The notes below the pieces were generated by a model. It had not been told where the DNA came from and did not search any database. It saw only the letters and a list, made by a program, of their open reading frames with translations. DNA of 64,000 nt, taken from assembly GCA_010909165.1 (NCBI GenBank), contig VJWM01000309.1:31532-95531 (forward strand), in the 5' to 3' direction. Shown here piece by piece: positions 35,640 through 48,049 of the stretch. Position numbers and translations under genes: made by a program. The stretch is from Anthoceros angustus. Taxonomy: Eukaryota > Plantae > Anthocerotophyta. Position 1 is the stretch's first letter, and each line of letters starts with the position of its first letter.

Positions 35640-37270
35640 CGCTACTGAGAAGCTACAATACAAGAAGGGAGGCCAACCCCATTCTTCTTGGTACGGATAA
35701 GCCTTGGCACGAGCCAGCAGACTTCAAATCCTTGCCATGGCCGTGAGTCTTGATGGCAAGGGGATGAAGGCTGTGGCGATCATGTGGAAAGTACTTGTGG
35801 ACCTTGGGCATTAGCGCATCCTCCTCGTGCATCCTCGAGTCAGCATCCCTCCGCCGTAACGAGGGTTGGGATAAACTCCGGGCGCTCTCTAAATGGAAAG
35901 AACCCCCCTTCCCTAGCTATCGAGAACATGACGTCCCGGACGGCGTCATGCGTAGCAATACGGTGCCCACCAGTAGGACAGCGAGCCCCATTGAGAGAGC
36001 AGGCTAGAGGATGGACCAAGCCCAGGCGAAACATCATCGCAGTGGAAAAAGTTGATGGTGCAATGCGGAACGTCTAGATACTAGGTTGGGCCAGAAGCCA
36101 AGAACCTGCTCGGAGGGAGCAGAGGCGAGCTCGAGTGGGCCTCGGAATGGAGGAATCCCGGAGGAAGGCCATCTGCGCCGGCCCGTAATGTTTCTCCAAG
36201 AGGGACGCTTGAAGCCCATAAAGCCCAACCTCGAGGAGCGAGGAAAAATGCTGCATGGCAGCCCCAGCCTCGGAGAATAAAGATCCCCTAGCTAATCTTA
36301 AGAAGGCTTACAGGAGAAAACCCCCTCCTCAATGCCCGAGACAAAAGCCTCAAAGATGTGCGAATCCCGAATTAAGAAATGGGAGGCTAGGATGGGGGCA
36401 GAGAGGGCCCAGCTCCCAAAGAAAGCCGCCAGCGTAGAGGCCTACGTGGCTAGCAGACCAGTACCCTCAAAAGCAATAGGAAGGAACGCCTGCCACCTAG
36501 CCAGATCCTCGGCCACACGGTGCTTGGGCCGATGATGTCGCCTAAAACTTGTATAATCTGTTTGTCGAAATTCGTCAGGGTGGGCAAGAAAACCGGGGAG
36601 CTGTTCTGAGAAGGTATCTTGGTCGGCCCGCAAAACAAAATGAGAGGATCCCAAACGCCACTTGCGGGTCCTTCAGTTGAGAAAGGTCGTCGATATCCGC
36701 CAAACCCTCCCAACAGTGTTTCTCAGCATAGGGGTTTGTCTCCGAACCCCATTTTGGCTCCAACCATCCAGAAATGCACATGTCTCATTTCACTGTTTTC
36801 AGTGATTCGCGAACCCATAGCCCATGCATCCGAGCCCAAAAGAAGACCGAATGTGCCCACCGTCCGCACAAATGCCGGACACACCTTTGTACCAAGTGGC
36901 GGACGGTAGCGCACCCAACCAAAAGAGTCATGGACGTCCGGCCTTGCTCTCAGAGGTGCAATACATCGGGTTTGGAGAGAGTTGCGTCAATACTTGTGTA
37001 GGCAAACACTTTCGTTCAAGTTGCTTGTGCACACTTGCCACCGCACTAACACTCACATCAATTCTCTTTTCAAACCCCATGATTCAGAGAAATCCTAGAC
37101 GGCAGGCATACCCTGTCTGACCTGTCCCCTCCGTGTCGGAGATAAGCCGCTCTTAGATCTGCAGCATTAGGCTCCGCGGGCAAGAATTGGACAAGGTTGT
37201 CACGATACCGAAGGTGAGCTTAAGGCTGGATAAACCACGTGAAACAATTTTCCTCTAAATAGGATTAGTT
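35640..37270 (-). mobile_element. CRE-like (RLE-type) non-LTR retrotransposon fragment, degenerate
   Basis: RPRYLLRT, WQAFLPIAFEGTGL, AGSWLLAQPS, FRLGLVHP..ARCPTGGHRIATHDAVRD..IAREGGF, HPLAIKTHG. Confidence 0.7.
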
Positions 37271-37564
37271 TAGGATAATGCCGACAAATCTGACAATTAG
37301 TGAGCGGCTAGCGGTAATTAGTAAACACCAAAGCGACAACTAGGGGCGGTCGGGAGCTTGCAGTGCCCTGTTAGGCTCCGTGGGCTCACATCAAGGTGTG
37401 AGCCCAACCCAGGGCGATCATGACTCAGGAGGAGGCAGGCCCACGCCCAGTCGCCAGGCACCATGGCCATGAAACACTTGCGCTAAACCGGAGATGGAGG
37501 CGAGGCAACTGATGGTCAAGTGGCAAGGAGTGCTACTTGACTATCTTAGAAACTCAAGTGCTTT

Positions 37565-38308
37565 TGTTGTTCCAGCCATATTTGGGCTCAAGGGTTGCAA
37601 GGATTGATGTTTTGTGTCAGCTCGATGCGGTCACGACTTACCGACTCAAGCTGCACAGGTGTAGGCAGCCCATCAACAAAGTAGTTCCACGACTCCTAGA
37701 AACCTACATGTGGCGATTTCATGTCACTTGACGACTGCGAGATCGATTCGTCACGGGCTTAAAGGAGGTGGCTACACACCCACATCAAGGCACCACCTCC
37801 CCGCCTGACCTTGGAAGAGACGTTGCAGCCATGACAGCCGACTAACAAGTTTGGGGTTTCCAACCTTCCAGGCTTATAAGCGCCAGCGTTACAAGTTAGC
37901 TGCCGTTGGATTCTTATACCATTGCTTTCGCCTTGTGAGGCAAGTCTAATAGTATACTTTGTGTCCAATTTGGAGCCCTATCCGAGGTGCACCGTTGCGT
38001 TTGAAAGTTTAGGATAGCGAGGGTTTTGCTCTTCTTTTGTCATGCTTTGATTTTCAATGCGGCATCGGTGAGTGGCGGGCGGGTATGCCTAGCTTTGCAT
38101 GTGAGCTGGAGTTTTGTGCATCTATGTTTCTCAATCCTAAGGGGCGGGGCTGGGTGTTGCGCATGATCCAGCTTGTACTTTCTATTTTGTCTTTGGAGGC
38201 ATCTAGGGCTCTCTGCGTGTGCGTGCATGCCACCTCTTGCTGAGAATTGGTCGTTTGTGTGTGAGTTCTTTGCATGGGTTATGCAACAAGAACTGAAGGC
38301 GACCACGG
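37565..38308 (+). repeat. Candidate 5' LTR (TGTTG...CAACA, 37565-38288) and Arg-type PBS-like GGCGACCACG of the DNMT-Gypsy
   Basis: 5-bp terminal inverted repeat, internal TATAAG and a PBS-like motif upstream of the gag-like region; no partner LTR found in the window. Confidence 0.4.
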
Positions 38309-41099
38309 TATCGTCTGCGATCGAGGAACGTCCCCGCTAGGATTACACCGGAGCGTGGACGAGTGAGGAGGAGGAGAGCTGCACGTCAGCGACGTTTGCC
38401 TTGGGAGGAAGAGGTCCAAGAGGACCATCAAGCTAGGCTAAGTGCTGAAGACCAGCAGCAGCCAGAGGTTGAGAGTTGGTCTCCGTTTGTGGACTGGACA
38501 GCCACAATTACCCCCACAGTTCCTCTAGGAAGCCAAGGAGCTGGTTTCAATTGTTCTATAGTCACAACTGCGAGGTTAGGGTCTCAAGGTCGAGCAGACC
38601 TCTCTGATTCGGATCTTGGATCCATGGAGGAGGAGCACTGGCGGGGAGATTCTCCGAAGGGGAGACCGCGGACTTTCTTGGGATTTCAAATTGCACCTCA
38701 ATCGTCATCGATCGGGTAAAATTCAAGCATCTTTGGAGCATACAATCATTTGTACATGTTCAAGCGACTTTCAAGTTATCGACGATGAAGCTGGACCTTA
38801 TATGGCTGCATCGGTGAGCTCGACCACGGTGTCCATGCCTAATCCAAGGTTCAGGCTCTTCGGTTGCTTACAGCAGCCGGCTGACCATTCGAGGCCCATC
38901 GGCGGACCATCGTTGCAAACATCGTGGCTCAGCATGCCACCTCCAACATTGACTCTCACCGATGAAGGATAAGCGACCCTGTGGGCATGCAGATGAGTTC
39001 GGGTTTCCAAGTATGCCAATCCGTGGAAGAATTCATGGGCATTTGGAGAAAGCTTTTCCTTGAAGACTGGAGAAAATTGTGGGTCATCCTTCGCTAGGAA
39101 GAAGGAGAAACGTGCATGGCATTCAGATTGCGAAGCTTGAGGCACAGGAATGCTAACGACGAGGCGGAGAAATTCATTGGAAGGAGACCCACTCTTTCAC
39201 TTTCAGCTGATCACAGCGCTGGTGGATAAGTATGGTGATAGGTACACACTGGAGCAAGTACATGAGGAAGCTGAACGTAGGGAAATCGCTTTCTTTGCAT
39301 ATGCTTTGCGACACTCCAAGGCGTTCACTCATTACCAGTCTATGTTCTCCACAAAGGGGTCTACTGCAACAGGTTCAGGGGCTAAATCACTGCAGGCCAA
39401 GCCTGTCAAGGTTGGAGCAGCTGCAGCCACCGTTGCTTCTTTGTGCAACTATTGTGGCAGCTCCGAGCATATGAGTCCAAATTTTGCAAATGCCCACAGA
39501 AGGTTTGACCGTACACACTTGCCGCAGAGTGGACATGTGTATGTTTTCGTACATCCGAGAGAAGATCTCAGAAAAATGCAAGCAGTGGGAGTGGACAAAG
39601 ACCTACGTCGGAGGCACAACTACCTCAGAAGCTGGTGCCGGTGCTGGGGTCTTACGCAGCCGGCAGCAAAGGGACAAGGCCAAAGCTAAGGTTGCATCCA
39701 ATGCAGAGAAGGTGTCCGCCTAGCCACTAAAGATTATCTTCACAATGGGCGCGACTAATCTCTTTGAGGTGGAGCAACCTCACCCAAGCCAGCCAGTGTG
39801 GCTAAACTGGTCAAAGACGAGGAGGAGTATTACGGCTCGCCACATCATGTGTGTGTTGCCAACTGGATGGAGGCTGAGAGGGCAACCGCGAAAGGCCGCA
39901 TTGGGTAGGGCAACATTTATACCCACCAAAGGATGGAGGGCGAAATGGCCAATCACTCGGACAGTGAGGTGCGAGGGCCATGCCCCAATTTGCTTACACC
40001 ACCCGCCAGAAGTGCGACCCACCGAGGGCGTGAGCATTCCACCTCAAGGTGGAGGGCCACATGCACAGACAGCTCCATGGGTAGCAGTGGCGCGAAGGTT
40101 ACTTGATGCCCGGGGCCTTCACTACTGAACAAACTATGCCCCGACCGGCATTCTCTATTTTCTTTGTAAGACGTCTAGGACCCAGCATCCGCCTAAGGAA
40201 TTGCAACAAGCGCAGCGCATTGTCTTCAGACCGCGTCGCCACTAGCTCAAGATGGGTGGGTGGTGCCTGGTAGCATCTCACATTGCACCAGGGAGACAGT
40301 ACCTGGAGGCATGTTTGAAGTTGCAGCAGCTGGAGGGCAGCTATCGATCCACGAGCGCTCCTAGGATCCAACCCACCAATCGCCTAGCAGTCAGAGTCAG
40401 CAATGCACTTGTTGACAATGATGCGGGGCACATTACGGTGAATGGGTATGCCCCGAGGGTGGTACTACTCGACACTGGTGCTCAACCAGTGATCATTGGC
40501 AAAGCATTAGCTGCCAGGCTCAACCTCAATGGTTCGGCTCTCTAGAGCTCTCCTTGGAGCATAAGGCTGTCGAGCCATTGAGCCGCCTCTCGGAGCGATC
40601 GCCACCAGGACATCACGCTCAAGCCGCACTCCGGATGCCATGACTGAGTCTTCCATGCCTAGTGACAATTATGAACTATGACGTCTTGGGGCAAGAATTC
40701 CTATTTCCACTGTGTCTCGAGTGTGAACAATCGAGAGCGGTGACATCGTCCAGTTGGAAGCAAGGAGGAGAAGGTGGCACACTTACCTTTCGCTGTATGA
40801 CATGTCGAGGCCGCATACACAATTGTGGAGCGACAAGCTGTCGCCTAGTCAACGAGGGAACACTGCTGGCCGGAAACCATTTGCAAGATGAGGACCACCT
40901 GGAATCAGAGCAAGAGGAGGAGAGTGTGACTACTCACAGCACCACAACTACATGACAGATCCGATCAAGGCCCACCATCCCACAGTGTTGAGGGTGTGCT
41001 GCAGGATGCTCATGAGCATGTCCAGCAGGTGCAAGCTCTATTGCAGCGAGGACTCAAGGACTCCATGCAAGAGCATGTTGTTAAGTCTCAGGTGATTGA

Positions 41100-44000
41100 T
41101 TGGCCCATCCCAGCCGCTGGCCTTTTTCTCGTGGAGCTGTTTGGTAGCATTTGTACTGGCCTGGAGGCTTTGCTTAAAGCAAGGCCTCCCTATCAGGCGT
41201 TGTAAGGGTATTAAAGCCCAATGTACTTAGACTAATATACTTAGTCTAAGTTAGGTGTCAGTTAAGTATCATTCGTTTAGCTAAAGCTAATCACTAGGAA
41301 GCTTCTTGCGCAGTTTCCTAGGGGCTTCTTGTGGACCTTCCTAGGGAGCCCTGCTGGAGGGTATAAATACCCCCAGAGCCTCATCTCAATGTGAGAGATA
41401 CATTTGCCTCCTCCTCTCCTCTCCTCTTTCCACCATCATGGGTTGCCACACGATCCTTCAACTGGTATCAGAGCACAAGATAAGACCACAAGTTACGGAC
41501 TGTGGCAGAAGCTGTGTGACCTGTATGAGAAGCAAAGTGCGGCTTCTCAAGTGTATTGGTTGAAACAGCTGGTGGACTTGAAGATGAAGGAAGGGACGAG
41601 GATGTCCGATCATCTTAATGATTTCAATACCATTTTCAGCCAGCTCTCATCTCAAGGTATCACATCCCTGATTCCGTGAGAGCTATGTTTCGTTGGTCAC
41701 ATTACTGAGAGTTGGGACACCTTTCGCAGACTGAGTAATTCTCGCTAGTGTGGTCTTACCATTGTAAATGTAGAAGGTAGCCTGTTAACCGAGGAGGTGA
41801 AAAACATGGAACCTTCCAAAGGTTCCAAAGGCCTCATAGTGAGAGGGAGGTCCACCGCGAAGGGAAGCAACCTGTAAGCTTTTCTCGTAAAATCTCGTAG
41901 TCGTAATAAGAATGTGGAGTGTCACTATTGTCACAAAGGGTCACTTCAAAAGAGAGTGCGAGAAGTTCAAAAGGACCAAGGAAAAGAGAAGAAGCAGAGA
42001 CGAAGAAGGCGACAATGTTGTTGGAAGAGTTAAATTTGTTGAGGACGGAGATGTCCTTATCTCTTCTTACTTGAATGCGCACAATTAATGTACCGTGGAT
42101 AGTCATTTATTCCGCAATTGGATAATTGACTCGTGCATCTTTCCATGTTACTCCTCATAGAGAGTGGTTTAGCACGATGATGCTACAAGGAAAGGATGCG
42201 TTAGGCTTGGAAATAACTACGCATGCCGATCGCAGCGAGGTGATGTGCAACTCAAGTTTGACAACGGATCTTCATTCATGCCAAGGACGTTAGGCATGTT
42301 CAAGTTGACAAAGAGCATGATTAGCGCAGATGCTTGGATGATGCGTTACCATCGCCGGGTTTTGGGGATCACTCTTGGAAGATCTCCAAAGGTTCTCTTG
42401 TGTTAGCTCGTGGATCAAGTGTGGCACTTTGTACTCACTTGTAAACACTGCCAAAGATCATGTGATCTGTGACAGCAGCCAAATGTTTCCTTGTGGCATT
42501 GCTTGTTAGGACATATGTCTAAGGGAATGAAGGTTTTATCTCGCTCGTTATATCCTCGTTTTAACTTCTCCGATCTCTCGATGTGAGCACTGCTTATATG
42601 GGAAATGACAAAATCATCACATCGAACAAGAGGTAAAAGTAAGTAAACCTCTTGAGTTGGTTCACGTGATGTATGTGGACCTATGCTCATCGTGATCATT
42701 AGGCGGTGCCTCCTATTTTGTCACTTTCATAGATGATTTCTCACGCAAGGTGTGGGTTTATCCTTTGAAAAAGGATGAAGTTCGACGGTGTTTAAATTTG
42801 TCACCCTTGTAGAGAATCACCGCCACCGATTGAAGTGTCTAAGGACGTATAATGGTGGAGTATGTTCGAAAGCTTTCCATTCTGTGATTCCAAGGAATCA
42901 AAGAGAATTGATCACCAGATACTCCTCCACAAAATGGTGGTCGAGCGGATGAATGTAACCATTCGTGAGAGGATGCGAGTTTGTTGTCAAACTCGGATTG
43001 CCTAATGGGTTTTGGCGAGCGGTGTCTCTGATTCATCTTATTAACAGATCTCCTAATAAGGCTGTTGATGAGCAGGTTCCAGAGGAGCTATGGTCTGGAA
43101 AGAAACCATCCTACAAGCATATGCGAGTATTTGGCTGTGAGGCATACTGCCATGTTCCAAAAGAGTTTCGGGACAAGTTGGCACCTAAGTCCAAGAAATG
43201 TATTTTTCTTGGCTATGGTGATTATGGTGAGATGGGATACCGTTTGTGGGATCCGAGGCTAGAAAGGTTGTTCGTACTAAGCGTGTTCTTCAATGAGAAC
43301 AAGATGCGGAAGCCTACTGTGGAGGTGCGAAGGGTGATCTTCAAGAAGATGGACATGATCATCATGGGTTGATACGTGGTAATGTGCGAGCACATTCCTC
43401 CGATAGATGAACCAAGAGTCGAAGCTCCTATAGGTGCACGTGGGTCGAGGGGATTACACCTCGGTATGATCCATCTACGGATTATGTTATCTTGTGATTG
43501 TGGGGAACCCTCTTCTTACAAAGAGGCCATGTCAATGAGTAACAAAGAAGTGGGAGAAGGCCATGCGATCGAAATGAATTATTGCATAAGAACCAAACTT
43601 GGGAGTTGGTTTGGTTGCCTAGGATAAGAAGGCACTCTGTGCAAATGGGTGTACAAGATGAAGGTCATACCTTGATGGCAAACCAAAGTACAAGGCACGA
43701 TTGGTTGCTAAGGGTTTCAAGCAACAACCGAGGCATTGACTTTGATGAGATTTTCTCACCGATAGTCAAAATGACAACTGCGATGTGTTCTTGCTTTGGT
43801 TGCCATGATATGGAACTTATGATGGATGTCGAACTTGCATGGTGACCTTCAAGAGATGGATGTCACATTCTTGCATGGTGACCTTCAAGACGATGCGAAG
43901 AAGGTTTTGTTGAGAAGGGCAAAGAGCATCGGTGTGCGAGGTTGAGGAAGAGCCTTTATGGTTTGAAAGCAGGCCCAGTGGTATCACAAGTTCCACTCAT

Positions 44001-46690
44001 TTATGCTTTCTCAAGGCTACAAGCGTGGCGATGAGGATCATTGCCTCTATCTGAAAGCTAAGGATCAAAGCTTGCTCATTTTGATCCTCTATGTGGATGA
44101 TATGCTAATTCTTTGGAGCGATCTTGATGAGATTTCGTTGAAGTCAAAGTTGAATGCTCACTTTGAAATGCAGACTTGGGAGGCGAGCCATATACTTGGC
44201 ATGCGTTCGTCGGAGCAGACATAAGCGCTTTGTTGTCTCGGACGGAATACATTAAGAGGTGCTTCAACGTTTCAACATGGAGAAGGGAAGCCATTGGGTA
44301 CTCCATTGCCTCCATATGTGAAACTTTCAAGCGCGGATTGCCCAAGCTACGAGGAGGACAAAGCTGAAATGGAGAAGGTCCCATACTCATCATTGTAGGG
44401 AGTTTGATGTATGCAATGATTGCTACGTCGACATTGCCTTTGCGAGTGGTTAGCGAGTTTATGTCAAACCCGGCAAGAAGCATTGGGAGGCGATAAAAGG
44501 AGTTATGAGGTATCGAATGGTACAAAAGCTTTGTGCATATGTTTTGGTAGTGAAGATGCATGTGTGGTTGGGTACACGGATCTTTGATTATCGAGGATAT
44601 GGACAAAAGGAGGTCCACATCAGTTATGTCTTCACTGTGCCTTTGGAGATCTCATGGCGATCTCGTTTGCGATCGTGCATTCGCTATCTACCACAGGAGT
44701 ATGTTGCGGAGGCTTGCAAGGAAGCCATATGGCTTGCTCGTTTAGTGGGAGACTTGGGGATCAAGGTTGAGCGCGGTGTTGCATTGTGATAGCAGTGCTA
44801 TCAATTGGCAAGAATCCGATGTTTCATGCGAAGACTAAACATGTGGATGTGAGTATCACTTCATTCGAGAGGTGTTGGATGAGGTACAACTTGTCAAGGT
44901 TCACACGGCCGAACCCTGAGATATTCTTACCAAGGGACTCTCTACAGACAATTTGCACAAGCTCGGACGATGGGCATGAGATAGTCCATTCTTCCTCAGG
45001 TAAATTGGCCTTTAAGTGGAGGTTGTAAGGGTATTAAAGCCCAATGTACTTAGACTAATACACTTAGTCTAAGTTAGGTGTCGATTAAGTATCATTAGTT
45101 TAGCTAAGCTAATCACTAGGAAGCTTCTTGCTCCTTCCTAGAGGCTTCTTGTGGACCTTCCTAGAGCCTAGAGGTATAAATACCCGCCCTCATCTCAATG
45201 TGAGAGATACATTGCCTCTTCCTCTCCTCTCCTCTTTCCACTATCATGGGCTGCCACACGATCCTTCAGGCGTTATGTATATTGCGGCGATAGGGAAGCT
45301 TCCCGAGATAGCGCTCATCGCTTCTGTGAGCTCCACAGTTCCCACCTACCTAGGCGTATGGGCGCCACATTCTCAACCAGACGCCGTGTACATCCAACAA
45401 GGCCACATCCAGGCCCTGGGATCCATAGACGTGCTAATTGCTGGCTGGGAATGCCAGGGGTTCTCCCAACCAGGCCCTGGAGCAGGGTTGGAGGACCATC
45501 GCAATGGGTTGTTTCGAGACCTGCACCAGATCTTGGCATGGGTTTAACAGGAAAATCCATAGTATGGTTATCTTCTCGAGAACACCCAGCGCAGCTTGAC
45601 AAGAGAGACTCCGTGCGGCAGGACATGGCAGTCGTGGAGCACCATCTTGGTGCTCCCTTTCTTTTGATCTTTGTCCGGTCTGATTATACTTCGCTGCCGC
45701 AACTATTGGACCAACCTCATCCCTGGTTCAGTCTTGACACTTGCGCTCCGCAACACGAAGCGGGATCCCACCCTTGCTGGGATGCATAGGTACCTATCCA
45801 CAATCACGGCGTTGATAATAATCGCCACACATTCTCTTCTCCGTCCATAAGCCCGGCCCTCTTAGGCGCAACATTCAGCAGTAATCGAACTCGAGGTCCC
45901 ATCAGCCCCGCTCAAACAATTCCTTGCACCTTGCATCCACCATCTCCCACTCGGATTGACTCGATACCTCCTGCGATATGGGCTCCGGGCTTGTGAGGTT
46001 GATCCACGAAGGTTGTGGCGTTGCTTCAACTCTTTCATGGAGAACGAAGCAATCACCGCATTTGGTTAATGCCCGAATCTGCCTTTCCTGTTCATCAGTG
46101 AGCTGTGGTCCCATGCACCCGTTGAACGTTTTAGCAGTGAGTGGCAACTTGGCTGATGGCTCTTGCCTCACATCCACCTTGAAGGTTGATCACGGACAAA
46201 AGCAGTGGTGCTGCAAGACTCCCCCCTTCGAGCCTAAGGCAGGCAAGGATAGCCAGGAAAAGGTAGGTGCACTGCATCTGCGGGACAGGCCATGGCTACA
46301 AGGCCTACAAGAGTGCCTCTGGTTAGTAGCTTGAAAGCCAAGCATAAGCTCACAAGCCAAGTGATGCAAGTCCATAGCTCGGATAAGCGGCCGCGTTGAG
46401 AGATTGAACCTGCGGTCTTCGCCGTGACATGTCTTTGGAAAGCCAAGCATAAGCTCCACCGAGCAAGTGGCGTGGAGTCCATAGCTCGACCGATTAAGCA
46501 CAGTTGAGGCCCCCGCTGCTGGTGCCTGCGCGAGGCATGTGGAAGCCCATGATCTACTCACGCTCCTCAATGCGGGGCTCTTCCCATTGCTTTGTGTTGT
46601 TGTAACAACAATCCAGCCATTGCCTGACAGGCAAAGGAGCCAGGAAAGCTCACCAAGGTAGGCAATGTTTTGCGAGGCTGACCAGGTGTG
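41100..46690 (+). pseudogene. Cytosine-5 DNA methyltransferase domain of the Gypsy pol (split: 41100-41200, 45274-45800, and inverted 46340-46690)
   Basis: Motif I LVELFGSICTGLEAL; IV DVLIAGWECQGFS..GL; VI YLLEN; VIII RCRNYWTNL; IX/X-like LPTLVSFPGSFA..ELMLGF..RAMDL on the opposite strand. Confidence 0.82.
41201..45268 (+). mobile_element. Full-length Ty1/Copia element nested in the DNMT domain
   Basis: LTRs 41201-41460 and 45024-45268 (TGTAAG...CCTTCA); TSD GGCGT at 41196-41200 and 45269-45273; PBS TGGTATCAGAGC (41463); purine tract before the 3' LTR; gag LYEKQSAASQVY, INT RVFGCEAYCHVPK, RT LILYVDDML, RH FHAKTKHVDV; many frameshifts. Confidence 0.96.
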
Positions 46691-48049
46691 TTGGTTGGGT
46701 GCCAGGGCGGTCGCTCACTAGCGAGCACAAGTGAGATCTTTGACAGCATCGGCAGATCTGTCTACTTCTCCATACTGGACCTAAGGCAAGGGTTCAACCA
46801 AGTGCCGGTGGCACCAGAGGACATCAAAAAGACAGCCTTTCACGGATCACAGCAGCTCTGGGAGTGGCTCGTGATGCCGTTCGGCTTCACGAATGCTCCA
46901 GTCACCTTCCAGAGGATTATGGACATAGTTCTGGCCGGGTCAGCCAACCTATTGTGCTATATAGATGATGTCCTCGTGCACAGTGTGGACTTTGAGTCCC
47001 ATTTGGAACACTTGGAGGACCTTTTCCAGCGCCTAAGGAAGGCTCAGCTCACGTGCCATCCAGCCAAATGCGAATTTGGTATGGATACAGTTGCATATTT
47101 AGGTCACAGGGTATGATGCCACACTCAGCTAAAGTGCAGGCCATTTTGCAGGTCAAGGAGCCCACTAACGTCTCTGCCCTGCGAGCATTCCTTGGCCTTT
47201 GCAATTATTATCGGATATATATCCAGAACTTCAGCCGCATTGCTAAGCCTCTCAACGACCTGCTCGGGAAGGACGTGGTATGGACTTGGACTAAGGCTAT
47301 GCAGGAGGCGTTTGACACTCTTAAATCCAGGTTGACCACTGCACCTGTGATGGCCAGACCTGATTTCAAGCAGCCGTTTGTGCTACACACGGAGTGGAGC
47401 AGTTTGGGCCTTGGGGCAGTTTTGGCTCAGCATGATGAAGAAGGGAATGAGAGGGTGATAGCCTATGCGTCCCGTAGTAATAACAAGGCGGAGGCCAATT
47501 ACAGTAGCTATGAAGGTGAATGCCTCGCCGCTGTTTGGGCAGTTTGCCACTTCCGACCTTATCTCTATGGACAGACATTTACACTGGTAACAGACCACCA
47601 GCCCCTCAAGTGGCTCATGGCCAACACAAAGCTCAGCGGCAAGCTGGCTGGAAGGGCCATGATCCTTCAGGACTATGATTTCCAGGTGGTTCATGACTAG
47701 GTCCGGCATCGTAATCGCGACATCGTCAGAATCCGGACAAAACACGACATTACCGAGGCAAGGCAGGATTATGAGCCTTATGTACCCTTCAAGGTCGCTG
47801 CTTTGGTGGCTATGGTGTGTGTTGGCGATTACTGACATTGTACCCGATTAGCTATGACATTTGGGAGGATCCTTACACTACAATATCGCAAACATGGATG
47901 GATGTGATGTTGTCATTACAATTTGACAGTCAAGCATCGTGCCGCCACCTATTGGCGAGATGGTTATGTTATTAGTCGGCACATGGAATTGAGCGCTTTG
48001 TGCCGCCACCGGTGACAGTCGATCTGATCCGCCACACTAGCCCACTACA

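Larger units (their letters stand above)
38310..48045 (+). mobile_element. Ty3/Gypsy retrotransposon with gag-protease-DNA methyltransferase-RT-RNaseH order; interrupted and 3' truncated
   Basis: Zinc-knuckle-like CNYCGSSEH (about 39443); protease VLLDTGAQPVIIG (about 40460); C5-MTase motifs (41134, 45428-45718); RT FSILDLRQGFNQ..VMPFG..YIDDVLV (46760-47110); RNaseH IAYASR..YSSYEGECLA..TDHQPLKWL; ends before the integrase core. Confidence 0.9.
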
